From: an uncultured delta proteobacterium
Lineage (GTDB): Bacteria > Desulfobacterota > RBG-13-43-22
DNA: 64,000 bases
Direction: 5' to 3'
Assembly: GCA_963843145.1 (NCBI GenBank)
Contig: CAWJJC010000027.1
Location: 421,829 to 485,828, forward strand
Positions 1 through 8,841 of this stretch are shown piece by piece (within the stretch, counting starts at the first letter, position 1; the number at the start of each line of letters is the position of its first letter). The notes beneath the pieces were generated by a model. The model searched no databases. It saw nothing but the letters and a program-made list of their open reading frames with translations, and was not told the origin of the DNA. The position numbers and the translations under genes are program-made.

Positions 1-1608
1 GCTCCAGTCCCCGACCCATATCCTCGTTTCCGGTGAGTTCCTGGGGGTTCCGGGTCGATTCCCGCTCGAAGGCCTCGATCTTTTCACCGACCAGACGCCG
101 CAGCCAGACATAGCAGAAATCCATCAGTTCCGCATATTGCACATTACCAAAATACGGCGGATCGGTAAAAACCGCATCCAGGGAGGAAGACGGCAGCTTC
201 ACTTTGGCCGCGTCCCGGCATTGAATGTCCACCCACCGCTGCATTTTTGATTTGTCGCCGTTAAGGTGGTCACCGATCCATTCGCCCTGGATGGGCACCA
301 TTTCCTTTCGAAATCCGTGGTGCCTGATCTCGAAAGGAGCCTCACAGTAGGCCTTGGCTTTGCGAAACTTATCGGTGATATTGGCCCAGCCGCCGCTTCC
401 CACACACATATTCTTGTTGGGGTCCCTGATGCCCATAAAATTGGACTCGCATTGAATCAGCCCCACCGGAAAGCCGTGGACGGAGAATATATCCAGTGAT
501 TTCAAAGCCATGGTGTCGTAGCGGCAGAGCATATTCTGATAGCGCAACAAGTCGGAGAGGTTCGTTGCCAGGGCGTTACGGACGCGTTCATTCGCCGTTT
601 TGGAAATGATTCGCGCCGAAAGTTCAAGCCCCAGAAGCTGTCGGGCGTTGAACATTTCCCGGTAGTGTCGGTATCCCCATCGATGCAGGCGATTGGTTTC
701 ATCGCCCGACGGAATCTCATCGTCCGGGACAAATCGCGAGCGCAATCCCTTCCATCGTTCCTCGGCTTCCGTCACCCGTCTTCAGGTCAGGCCCATCGGG
801 GACCTTAAAGAACCGCCCCGCATGGCCTTTTTTGCAGGACGGACAGTGATATTCGATGGCGAAAAGCCGGTGCCGCGGCGGTCCCAGGCTGCTGTTGGGA
901 TAAAAATTGTCGGTTTCACAATGAGGGCAACGGCATCGGTTTCGGCCGGCAGGACCATGCATCGACAGCCCGGTACCGCAATGCCGGCAGTTGCCCGGAT
1001 TAATCCGGTCTCCGGTCTCCGTCAATTGACCGCAACCAGAGCAGACAAAGACATTTTTGGGGATGCCGTCTGTCCGTGGAAATCAGGTAGCCGGGGAACA
1101 GATCGATATCCTTCTCGCACTGACTACAGGAAATGACCTTGACCCACAAAAAATACTTAACGGAGGCGTCCTGCTTTCCGCAAAGAACACATTCCGTGTG
1201 GTACAAATGTCCGATGTCGTTTTCCAGCCTTCGGTTCAGGGATTCGACCGCCTGGTCATAGGCTCCAAGGTCCAGATGCTCGATTTCCTGTTTGACGATC
1301 CAATACGACATGGGGTTGATATCGAAGCCGGTCACGTGGCAGCCCAAGCGGTTCGCTTCCAGGAGAGGCGTCCCGCCCCCCATGAAGGGATCGGCAATCC
1401 GGAGAGCCTTCAAATCGTTCGCCTGATAAAAGGCCTCGCGAAGCGGAAGACCCGAGAATTCGGACAGCAACAGTCCCCGAAACAGGGTCCCCGGACGCCG
1501 GGCGAACCACTTATGCACCGCAATGATCGGCCGGTAGTTCTGCTGAATCTGCTTCTCCCGCAGCGCCAGATCGGCGATGAAGGCTATGTCGAAGTTTTTT
1601 TCAATCAT
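1..1608 (-). pseudogene. Adenine-specific DNA methyltransferase with Zn-ribbon insert (COG1743/DUF1156-like); two frameshifts, runs off the left edge
   Basis: N-terminus HKWFARRPG and motif I DPFMGGGT in ORF 1000..1608; CxxC pairs in 717..1025; shifting frame near 1060 and 780 gives a continuous protein reaching FTDPPYFGNVQYAELMDF near 150-170. Frameshifts may be assembly indels. Confidence 0.85.
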
Positions 1609-1650
1609 GGATTTTATGACGGCTTCTACTTGGAGAGTATGATAGTTCTA

Positions 1651-2088
1651 TCATCGCAGATTTTCCAGATCGGCCAGATCCTGCAATCGCCCCGCCGCCT
1701 TCTTGGTCTTTTTCAGGTTTTCCCGGTCGATGAAATTTACCGGGACGCCGTCGATCACCACTTCCACCCGGGCCGCATAGGAACGTTCGAAATCGATCCC
1801 TGGCGGTGATATGATCAGGTCGATGCGGTTGGGCGGGTAGCCCAGTTGGATAATCTGTTCCGGTTCCAGGAAATCCTCCGCCGTGAGATCCAGGGACCCG
1901 AATCCGAAATGCACCAGGGCCTTCATCAGCTTCGCCGCATTCTCCGGGTCCCGCTCAATCCACACATCCAGGTCCTTGGTATAGCGGGGATAGCCGTGCA
2001 GCGCCACCGCATACGCCCCGATCACCAGGTAGCGGACATCGTTATCGTTTAACGATCGAATAAACTCTTTGAAATCCGGGTTCAGCAT
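1651..2088 (-). CDS. Nucleotidyltransferase family protein (minimal NTase, DUF6036-like)
   Basis: MLNPDFKEFIRSLNDNDVRYLVIGAYAVALHGYPRYTKDLDVWI...KKAAGRLQDLADLE; ATG at 2088 preferred over the track start. Confidence 0.8.
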   Translation of the reverse strand: MLNPDFKEFIRSLNDNDVRYLVIGAYAVALHGYPRYTKDLDVWIERDPENAAKLMKALVHFGFGSLDLTAEDFLEPEQIIQLGYPPNRIDLIISPPGIDFERSYAARVEVVIDGVPVNFIDRENLKKTKKAAGRLQDLADLENLR

Positions 2089-2239
2089 CGTATTTCCACC
2101 TGTGGAATTCCTGCCGGATCTGTTCCAGGGCGGCCAGCCGGCGGGCATAGGGCTGGGTCTGCCAGTAGGCAAAATCGGTTTTCTGTTCGCCGATTTTTAC
2201 TTTGGTCCAGACCTTGGCAATGGAGGGAGACGGTTCCAT
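2042..2239 (-). CDS. Small hypothetical protein overlapping the NTase gene (probable partner/antitoxin)
   Basis: 65 aa with D-x-x-YW...RLAALEQIRQ...FQRV pattern; overlaps the NTase start by 47 bp. Confidence 0.6.
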   Translation of the reverse strand: MEPSPSIAKVWTKVKIGEQKTDFAYWQTQPYARRLAALEQIRQEFHRWKYDAEPGFQRVYSIVKR

Positions 2240-2332
2240 ATTTAATTTCCTGATACTCCTTTTTTTGTTTATAACTATCACATTTTACAAAAATAATCCA
2301 ACAGACTCCCAAGGCAATCATTCCCGAAAAGC

Positions 2333-2520
2333 AGGGAACACCACGAGCGCCTCCGGGTCCGGGTGGATCTCTTCGAAAAACTGGCCGTCGCCCAGGCGCA
2401 ATCGGCCTCCGACGCCAAGGGGTTTACCCCCACGCAGGTGATGAAAAAACTTCGGCAGCGTCTGCATGGCCGGTAAGGTTTCCCTGTTCACGGCTCCCGC
2501 GACCTGGCCGATATCATCTA
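2333..2520 (+). pseudogene. Relic of a Phd/YefM-like antitoxin C-terminus plus start of a ParE/RelE-like toxin
   Basis: Frame reads REHHERLRVRVDLFEKLAVAQAQSASDAKGFTPTQVMKKLRQRLHGR* (stop 2474-2476) without a start codon; overlapping ATG at 2466 gives MAGKVSLFTA then, shifted, RDLADII. Confidence 0.5.
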
Positions 2521-2787
2521 AAAACCAGCCCCCTCTTTTCGTACCACTTCGAGCTTCCCCCGCAGCTCCGCCAGTTCCTTCTCCTGCTCCAGGAGGATGG
2601 AGACCAGGATGGTCTCCAGGGGCCAGGGCCGGGAGGCGTAGCTGCCGGCCTGGACGTGGATCCGGGCCCGGTCGAAGAGCCGGTCCAGGACCTGCTGGTC
2701 TTCCCGGCGCAGGGCCCGGCGGAATTTCTTCCAGTCTTCGTATTCCCGCTCCAGGGCTTGGCTGAATGGCAGTACCGTCCTTCCCAT
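2518..2787 (-). CDS. Small alpha-helical protein of the type found in PolB2/RadA-like cassettes (arCOG07300-like)
   Basis: MGRTVLPFSQALEREYEDWKKFRRALRREDQQVLDRLFDRAR...RPWPLETILVSILLEQEK; lies downstream of lexA and the RecA-like gene. Confidence 0.7.
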   Translation of the reverse strand: MGRTVLPFSQALEREYEDWKKFRRALRREDQQVLDRLFDRARIHVQAGSYASRPWPLETILVSILLEQEKELAELRGKLEVVRKEGAGF

Positions 2788-2803
2788 ACACTCCTCAAAG
2801 TCG

Positions 2804-2936
2804 AAATTGCACCGCAAAGACGCAAAGAAGGAGTTTTTTCCGGCTGTCGCCGGAGAAAAAATTCCTTTGCGCTCTTTGCGCCTTGAGCGAAGCGGGCGGT
2901 GAAAATTTTCGTCCGCGTGTGTCTGCGGTTAAAAAA
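2804..2936. repeat. Palindromic REP/MITE-like element (CACCGCAAAGACGCAAAG family)
   Basis: aaattgcaccgcaaagacgcaaag...ctttgcgctctttgcg...gagcgaagcgggcggtg; identical left end at ~55791; GAGCGAAGCGGGCG shared with 21750..21960. Confidence 0.7.
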
Positions 2937-2938
2937 GA

Positions 2939-3532
2939 TTACCCTCTACGGGGCACCACGGCGGCCGGGTGCTGCAGCATCCCTTCGATGCCCTGCTCGC
3001 CGTAGCGCACCTGGATCACCAGTTCCACCCGGGCGGCCAGTTCCCGGCCGTAAAAGAGGTTTTTGACCCGCGACGATACCGGCCCCTGGAAAAGGAATAC
3101 CCCCCTTCCCCGCCGCCCCAGGATGGCCAGGGAGGCCGCCACTTGTTTAAAAAGGTTCCGGCGCTCCGTCAAGGCCACCTGATCGTCGTAGAACAGGGCG
3201 CAGGGTCCGAGGACGAAGAGGGGTTCCCCCGGCCCGGTCGCGGGCAGGGTCTCGCAGAGCAGGGTAACCAACTGATGGCAGGTAAAGGCCCGGCTCAGAC
3301 GGATACGCTCGAGCAGCGCCCGGGGGTCCAGCTCCCGGTAGCGGCTCATGCGGGCCACCAAGTAAGGGTCGAAAGACTGGGCGGCATCCACCAGGGTCAC
3401 GGGACTCCCCTGCAGGGCAACCCGGCCGATGAGGTAGGCGGCCAGGCGGGGCATGGCCTCCCCGAAAAAAAGGATGCTCCGGCCGGTAAGGGCCAGACGG
3501 CAAATCTGAGGCAGCAGGACTAAGGCGTTCAT
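2939..3532 (-). CDS. Inactivated RecA/RadA-fold protein (ImuA-like analogue)
   Basis: VTLVDAAQSFDPY and LERIRLSRAFTCHQL resemble RadA/Rad51 core segments; no GxxGxGKT Walker A; directly downstream of lexA. Confidence 0.7.
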   Translation of the reverse strand: MNALVLLPQICRLALTGRSILFFGEAMPRLAAYLIGRVALQGSPVTLVDAAQSFDPYLVARMSRYRELDPRALLERIRLSRAFTCHQLVTLLCETLPATGPGEPLFVLGPCALFYDDQVALTERRNLFKQVAASLAILGRRGRGVFLFQGPVSSRVKNLFYGRELAARVELVIQVRYGEQGIEGMLQHPAAVVPRRG

Positions 3533-3541
3533 ACCTGAAAG

Positions 3542-3748
3542 CCGTGAGGCGTAAAACGTAAGGCGTAAGGGGTAAGCGCCATAACGGTTGAAATTGACAA
3601 CAAAAAATTCGTGAAGATATTTTCCCCAAAGGCCATCATGATTGAGCCAGGTGGCCGCCGGCCCTTTTCCCCGCCATTTCTTCTTTTACGCTTTACTCCT
3701 CACGCCTTGCGCCTTACGCTCCGCGCCCTGCGCTCAGCGCTCCGCGTC
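3542..3748. repeat. Inverted arrays of degenerate 7-mers (GCGTAAG / CTTACGC)
   Basis: ccgtgaggcgtaaaacgtaaggcgtaaggggtaag ... ttacgctttactcctcacgccttgcgccttacgc; same family at 49916..50012. Confidence 0.7.
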
Positions 3749-3750
3749 TT

Positions 3751-4356
3751 TTACAAAACCGGCCGGTAGATCCCGATCACCTGCCCGATGACCCCCAAAT
3801 CGGCCAGATTTTTCCGTTCGATGGTCAAGGGCTCGAATTCCGGATTGTCTCCTTTGAGGACCACCCGATCCCCTTCCCGGTGCCAGCGCTTCAAGGTCAC
3901 CTCGTTATCCAGGCGGAAGACCCCCACCGCCCCTTCGGGCAGGCGCTCCTGACGGCGGACGATCACCTGGTCTCCCGAGAGAATGGTGGGACGCATGCTC
4001 TCGCCCTGGACCCGCAGCAGGAAGACCTCCTCGCCTTTGGCCCAGTCCGCCGGCAGGGTCACCTGGTCTTCCGCTTCTTCGAGGACCAGCCGGGGGCCGC
4101 CGGCGGCAACGGCCCCGTACCGTGAAATGGTGCGCAGCGGACCAGGAACCGGCTTCAAGCTCAGGCCCCGGGAGCGGTTCGGCTCCCGCTTCAGACGGCC
4201 CTTCCGAATCAGGGCCTTCAGGTGGTCCTGGACAGAGCCCGGGTAGATCCGGAAGTGGCCGGCCACCTCCCGCCGTGAAGGCGGATACCCGTGCCGTTCC
4301 TGGAAATCCCGGATAAATTCCAAAATCTCCTGTTGCCGCGGAGTCAATTCATCCAT
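3751..4356 (-). CDS. lexA: LexA SOS repressor
   Basis: LTPRQQEILEFI...GYPPSRREVA wHTH; VAAG cleavage site; GESM catalytic Ser; VTLKR catalytic Lys. Confidence 0.95.
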   Translation of the reverse strand: MDELTPRQQEILEFIRDFQERHGYPPSRREVAGHFRIYPGSVQDHLKALIRKGRLKREPNRSRGLSLKPVPGPLRTISRYGAVAAGGPRLVLEEAEDQVTLPADWAKGEEVFLLRVQGESMRPTILSGDQVIVRRQERLPEGAVGVFRLDNEVTLKRWHREGDRVVLKGDNPEFEPLTIERKNLADLGVIGQVIGIYRPVL

Positions 4357-4363
4357 GGCTTGT

Positions 4364-4392
4364 CATATACCATACATTTGTATGGTTGTCAA
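4364..4392 (-). promoter_or_regulatory. sigma70-like lexA promoter with palindromic candidate SOS box ACCATACA-N2-TGTATGGT (4369..4386)
   Basis: Minus strand TTGACA-17 nt-TATATG, 7 nt before the ATG; the spacer is filled by a perfect 8+8 inverted repeat. Confidence 0.7.
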
Positions 4393-4489
4393 CGGAAAAT
4401 CATATTTTTCTGGAGGGGGCGTATTAACCCCCCCCCATGCCCGGGGCGGGCACCCCGAATGATGAAAATATTTCAAGTTTTTGTTTTTC

Positions 4490-4613
4490 GTAGGGCAGGC
4501 GACCCCGCCTGCCGGTTGAATGAGGGATAAGGTTTCCTGCACATCCAGGGTAAGGCTACGGCGACGATGGCGAAATCCGGCCCCGGTTTGGGCGGCGGGG
4601 TCGCCGCCCCTAC
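4490..4613. repeat. REPIN-like inverted pair of GTAG-type REP sequences
   Basis: GTAGGGCAGGCGACCCCGCCTGCC ... GGGCGGCGGGGTCGCCGCCCCTAC. Confidence 0.65.
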
Positions 4614-4657
4614 CTTTCTGGTCATTCGAGCTCGATTAAACCCCGAATCTAATTTTT

Positions 4658-5147
4658 TTAGAGGAGGGTAGAATTGATAACCTCGCAATGACAGCCTGGA
4701 GGACTTTTTGCGAAGTTATCAGAATTAAGCCAGTCAATGATCAGTCCGGCCGTTTCTTCGGGGAGTTCTTCCTGAGGGGCATGGCCGCAGTGGGGGATGA
4801 TGCGCAGGGTGGAATGGGGGAGATCCCGCTCCAAACGCCGGCCGACGGGGAGTTTTACCCAGGGGTCATCCTCCCCCCAGATCAGCAAGGTGGGGATATC
4901 AATGGCGGGAAGGCGTTGGTCGTACCGGCTCAAAATTTTGAAATCCAGAGCCGGCACCTTTCAGGTCGAGGGCATAGACCCGGTAGCCCGCCGCCTGCAG
5001 CAACGGGGCCAGCGCTTCCCAGGAGTAGGTCGAGGAACCCAGGCCGTGCAACAGGAAGAGCGTTTGCCCGGCTGCCGGGTATTCCAGGTAATGATAGTTC
5101 ACTCCCCGGATGGTAATAAATTGGCTCTGGGGATGGCTCTTTTTCAT
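4658..5147 (-). pseudogene. Alpha/beta hydrolase with internal deletion
   Basis: N-part LLHGLGSS...ALDLKGAG joins out of frame to C-part PTLLIWGEDD...CGHAPQEE; nucleophile GxSxG region and cap domain absent; 3' end runs into a repeat fragment (4681..4712). Confidence 0.8.
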
Positions 5148-5431
5148 TTCTGACGCTTCGCCCTTTGGGGTGGGTACCCCCGCCTATCTGGTATGGCCGT
5201 TGGGTCTCGGCGGCCACGAAGGTGCGATTTCAGGCTAAACCCCCGTGCCCGGGGCGGGCACCCCGAAGAACAAAGGGGTAGACATAACCCTAACTGGTTG
5301 ACATTAATAATTAATAATCAATTGTTAATTATCAATTGATTATTGATTATTGGCCCTTTGCAGGTCATGGAGTTTATTTTCGCACTAAACTACTCTGTAT
5401 TGTGACCACCCACCCCAAAGGGAGAACAACC

Positions 5432-7138
5432 TCATTTCTGTCCGGGCCGCAGGGCTTTCTTGTCCACCTTCCCCACGGGGGTCAGCGGGAGGGAATCAAC
5501 GAATTCAATGATCTTGGGAACCTTGTAGGGAGACAGGTTCTCCCGGGCGAAATTCAAGATTTCCCGTTTGAGCGTCTCTTCCGGCCGGTCCTTGGCAGCC
5601 GGGGATCTTTGAATCACCAGCTTGACCAGTTCACTGCCCGGCCGCTGGGGATTGGGAACACCGACGATGGCGCACAGGTCCACCGCCGGGTGGTCATAGA
5701 GTTTTTCTTCCACTTCCCGGGAGAAGACCTTAAAGCCCCCCACGTTGAGCATATCCTTGGCCCGGTCCACCAGGGTGAAATACCCGGCTTCATCCATGCG
5801 GGCCACGTCGCCGGTATGCATCCAGACTTCTCCTTGAAATTCACGCAGGGCATGGGCGGTTTCCTCCGGCCGGTTGAGATAGCCTTTCATCACCTGCGGG
5901 CCTTGAATGATAAGCTCCCCTTCCTCCCCGATGGGCACTTCCAGGCTCCCGGTTTCCAGGTCGGCCAGTTTCACTCGCGTATTAACTATGGGTAACCCGA
6001 CGGTGCCGATCTTCTTTTGGCCTAAATGAGGGTTGCAGGTGATCAGCGGACTGGTTTCCGTCATCCCGTACACTTCCACGACTTTCCCGACGCCCACGAT
6101 TGCTTCCAGCGCCCGGATGGATTCCACCGGAAAAGGAGCGGCCCCGGACAGACAGAAAGTCAATTGGCTGTAATCAAGTTTCCGGAACTTCGGGTTATCC
6201 ATCAACATCAAATAGAGTGTCGGGACATTGACCAGGATAGTGGGCCGGTACTGGGCAATCTCCCGGCAGATGTGGTTCGTATCCCGGGGGTTGGGAATCA
6301 GGACCTGGGTGCCGCCCAGGGCCAGGGTGGTCATGGCCAGCATTAATCCCGCCAGATGAAAAAAGGGGAACCCGGATAAAAAGACCTCCTTTCCCGCTTC
6401 CATATGAAACCAGGTTCTGGCTTGAACGATATTGGCCACCAGATTGCGATGGGTCAGCATGGTCCCTTTGGGGAGACCGGTGGTGCCTCCCGTGTATTGA
6501 ATCAGACAGACGGCCTCCACCGGGATCTTTAAATCTAAGGGCAAAGAAGGGTATCGGTCCATGACGCGCATAAAAGGGATCACGGTTTTTTCCGGCAGGT
6601 CGAAGATCCTTCCCGTGGGGACCTTTTTTATCTTTTTCCCCAGGAGCTGTTTCCAACGGGGGAGGAAATCCAAGATCCCGGTTGGGCAGATCGTGCGGAG
6701 GTCCGGCAGTTCCTGGTGGATGGGGGCCAGGCGCTTTTCAAAGATGGCATCCAGCGTCACCAGCACCTTGGCGCGGCTGTCTTTCAATTGGTAGGCCATT
6801 TCCTTCCCGGTATGAAGGGGCGAAAGGCCGGTGACGGCGCACCCGGCCAGGATGGCGCCGATATGGGCAATGAGGTACTGAGGGGTATTGGGTAAATTGA
6901 CGGCCACCACGTCCCCGGGTTGGCAACCCTGCTCCCGGAGCATATGGGCGAATCTTAGGGCCCGGTTTTGGAATTCCTGGAAGGTGGTGGTCAAACCGAG
7001 GAAATGGTAGGCGTTCTTCTGGGGGAAACGCTGGAAGGTTTCCTGAAGCAGATCCGTATAGGATTGATCGGGGATGGGGATTTCAGGTCGAACATCCGCG
7101 TCATAAGAAGACAGCCACGGCCGGTCGTCGTAGTTCAT
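5432..7138 (-). CDS. Long-chain fatty acid-CoA ligase (FadD-like)
   Basis: YTGGTTGLPKG, YGMTE, HTGD and GKVDKK adenylation motifs. Confidence 0.9.
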   Translation of the reverse strand: MNYDDRPWLSSYDADVRPEIPIPDQSYTDLLQETFQRFPQKNAYHFLGLTTTFQEFQNRALRFAHMLREQGCQPGDVVAVNLPNTPQYLIAHIGAILAGCAVTGLSPLHTGKEMAYQLKDSRAKVLVTLDAIFEKRLAPIHQELPDLRTICPTGILDFLPRWKQLLGKKIKKVPTGRIFDLPEKTVIPFMRVMDRYPSLPLDLKIPVEAVCLIQYTGGTTGLPKGTMLTHRNLVANIVQARTWFHMEAGKEVFLSGFPFFHLAGLMLAMTTLALGGTQVLIPNPRDTNHICREIAQYRPTILVNVPTLYLMLMDNPKFRKLDYSQLTFCLSGAAPFPVESIRALEAIVGVGKVVEVYGMTETSPLITCNPHLGQKKIGTVGLPIVNTRVKLADLETGSLEVPIGEEGELIIQGPQVMKGYLNRPEETAHALREFQGEVWMHTGDVARMDEAGYFTLVDRAKDMLNVGGFKVFSREVEEKLYDHPAVDLCAIVGVPNPQRPGSELVKLVIQRSPAAKDRPEETLKREILNFARENLSPYKVPKIIEFVDSLPLTPVGKVDKKALRPGQK

Positions 7139-7332
7139 AGGTGCCCTCCTGGGAAAAGGGAAGCGGTTGACTACGAAATAAGCGGATGGAATGCTGGATG
7201 ACGGTTTAGATTAGACACATTTTGTCTGGGTTATCAATAAAAATTATACAGACCGATGACCGGTCTTTTCCTTTCCAGATCATTATGATACGATAAGAAA
7301 AAATCCGGTGGGCATAGGCAACAGAGGCGAAC

Positions 7333-8748
7333 ATGAAAAAATGGCAACGAAGATCCCTTCGGGGTCTGCTGATTATCATGATTCTCTTCGTCGGCGGGCT
7401 GGGGTGGTATGTTTATAAGGCCGTCCCCATCGGCACCGGTTATGCGGCGAAATACCTCTGTTCCAGCGTTTTTATTTCCCAGCGGGACCCGGCAGCGGTC
7501 TTTAAGGAAGACATTATACCGGTGGATAAAACGCTGACCCGGGTGATTGACGTAGCGGTGGACTATAACCGCAAAACCGTAACAGCCACGGCTTTGGGCC
7601 CATTGAAATCCAAAGCCATCTACCGCGAAGGCTGCGGCTGCACCCTGGTGGTCGGCGCCACCGAGGATGAACTTCGGAGGCAGCCCCGGCCCGCCTTTAC
7701 TCCCCGACGTCTCCCGATAAATCAACCTTGGCCCACTGGTGAAGAAGGACCGGACAGGACCCGGCCCGCGGGCTGGGACGACGAAAAGCTGCGGCAGGCC
7801 ATCGACCGGCACTTTGCCGAGCCGGGTCCCGACAAGAAAAAGCAAACCCGGGCCGTAGTGGTGGTTTACGACGGCCGCCTGGCGGCGGAACGCTACGCAC
7901 CCGGTTTTCGCCAGGACATGCCGCTCCTCGGCTGGTCCATGGCCAAGAGCGTGACCAGCGCGATCCTGGGGATCATGGTGCAAAAAGGGCTCATCGACAT
8001 CCACCGCCCGGCCCCGGTATCCGAATGGCAAAATCCCGGGGATCCCCGCCGGGCCATCACCATCGACCAATTGCTGCGCATGGCCAGCGGCCTTAAATTT
8101 GATGAGGTGTACCAACCGCTGCGCGGGGTGACTACCATGCTTTACGGCTCCCGTGACTTCGGGGCCTTTGCCGCCGGCCAACCCCTGGAAATTCCCCCGG
8201 ACCAAGAATGGCACTATTCCAGCGGTACGACCAATATCTTGGCCAAAATTATTCGCCTCCGACTGGAGGCGGCCGGCCTGCGCTCCCTGGATTTTATCCG
8301 CCGGGAGTTGTTCGACCCTTTGGGCATGTCCAGCGCCGTCTTTGAGCCGGATCCTTCCGGGACCTTCGTCGGGTCTTCCTACCTGTGGGCCACCCCCCGG
8401 GATTGGGCGCGCTTCGGGCTCTTTTATTTGCAGGACGGGGTCTGGCAGGGCCAGCGGATTCTTCCCGAAGGCTGGGTCACGTATTCATCTACTCCAACGC
8501 CGCTAGCGCCACTAGGTCAATACGGCGCCCATTTCTGGCTGAATGCCGGATCGGCTTCCAACCCAGCGGATCGGGTCTGGCCGCAGGTGCCGACGGATGC
8601 TTTTTTCGCCGAAGGCTATCAGGGCCAGCGGGTGGTCATCATTCCTTCCAGGAAACTGGTTGTGGTCCGGTTCGGCCTGACCCCGAATCCGGCCGACATG
8701 GATTTTGAGGCCTTTCTGGTTGACGTCCTGAAGGCCTTTTCTGGTTGA
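7333..8748 (+). CDS. Serine hydrolase, beta-lactamase class C/amidase-like, N-terminal membrane anchor
   Basis: SMAK (SxxK), YSS, LLRMASGL and ARFG motifs; hydrophobic N-terminus. Confidence 0.85.
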   Translation: MKKWQRRSLRGLLIIMILFVGGLGWYVYKAVPIGTGYAAKYLCSSVFISQRDPAAVFKEDIIPVDKTLTRVIDVAVDYNRKTVTATALGPLKSKAIYREGCGCTLVVGATEDELRRQPRPAFTPRRLPINQPWPTGEEGPDRTRPAGWDDEKLRQAIDRHFAEPGPDKKKQTRAVVVVYDGRLAAERYAPGFRQDMPLLGWSMAKSVTSAILGIMVQKGLIDIHRPAPVSEWQNPGDPRRAITIDQLLRMASGLKFDEVYQPLRGVTTMLYGSRDFGAFAAGQPLEIPPDQEWHYSSGTTNILAKIIRLRLEAAGLRSLDFIRRELFDPLGMSSAVFEPDPSGTFVGSSYLWATPRDWARFGLFYLQDGVWQGQRILPEGWVTYSSTPTPLAPLGQYGAHFWLNAGSASNPADRVWPQVPTDAFFAEGYQGQRVVIIPSRKLVVVRFGLTPNPADMDFEAFLVDVLKAFSG

Positions 8749-8841
8749 GAAATAGCGGTTCTTCTCTCCCCAAAGGGTAAGACGAATAAACGTTTCCACA
8801 TGGTCCGAATATGGGCTCCCTCTGCTGGCGCTAAATCTTGA

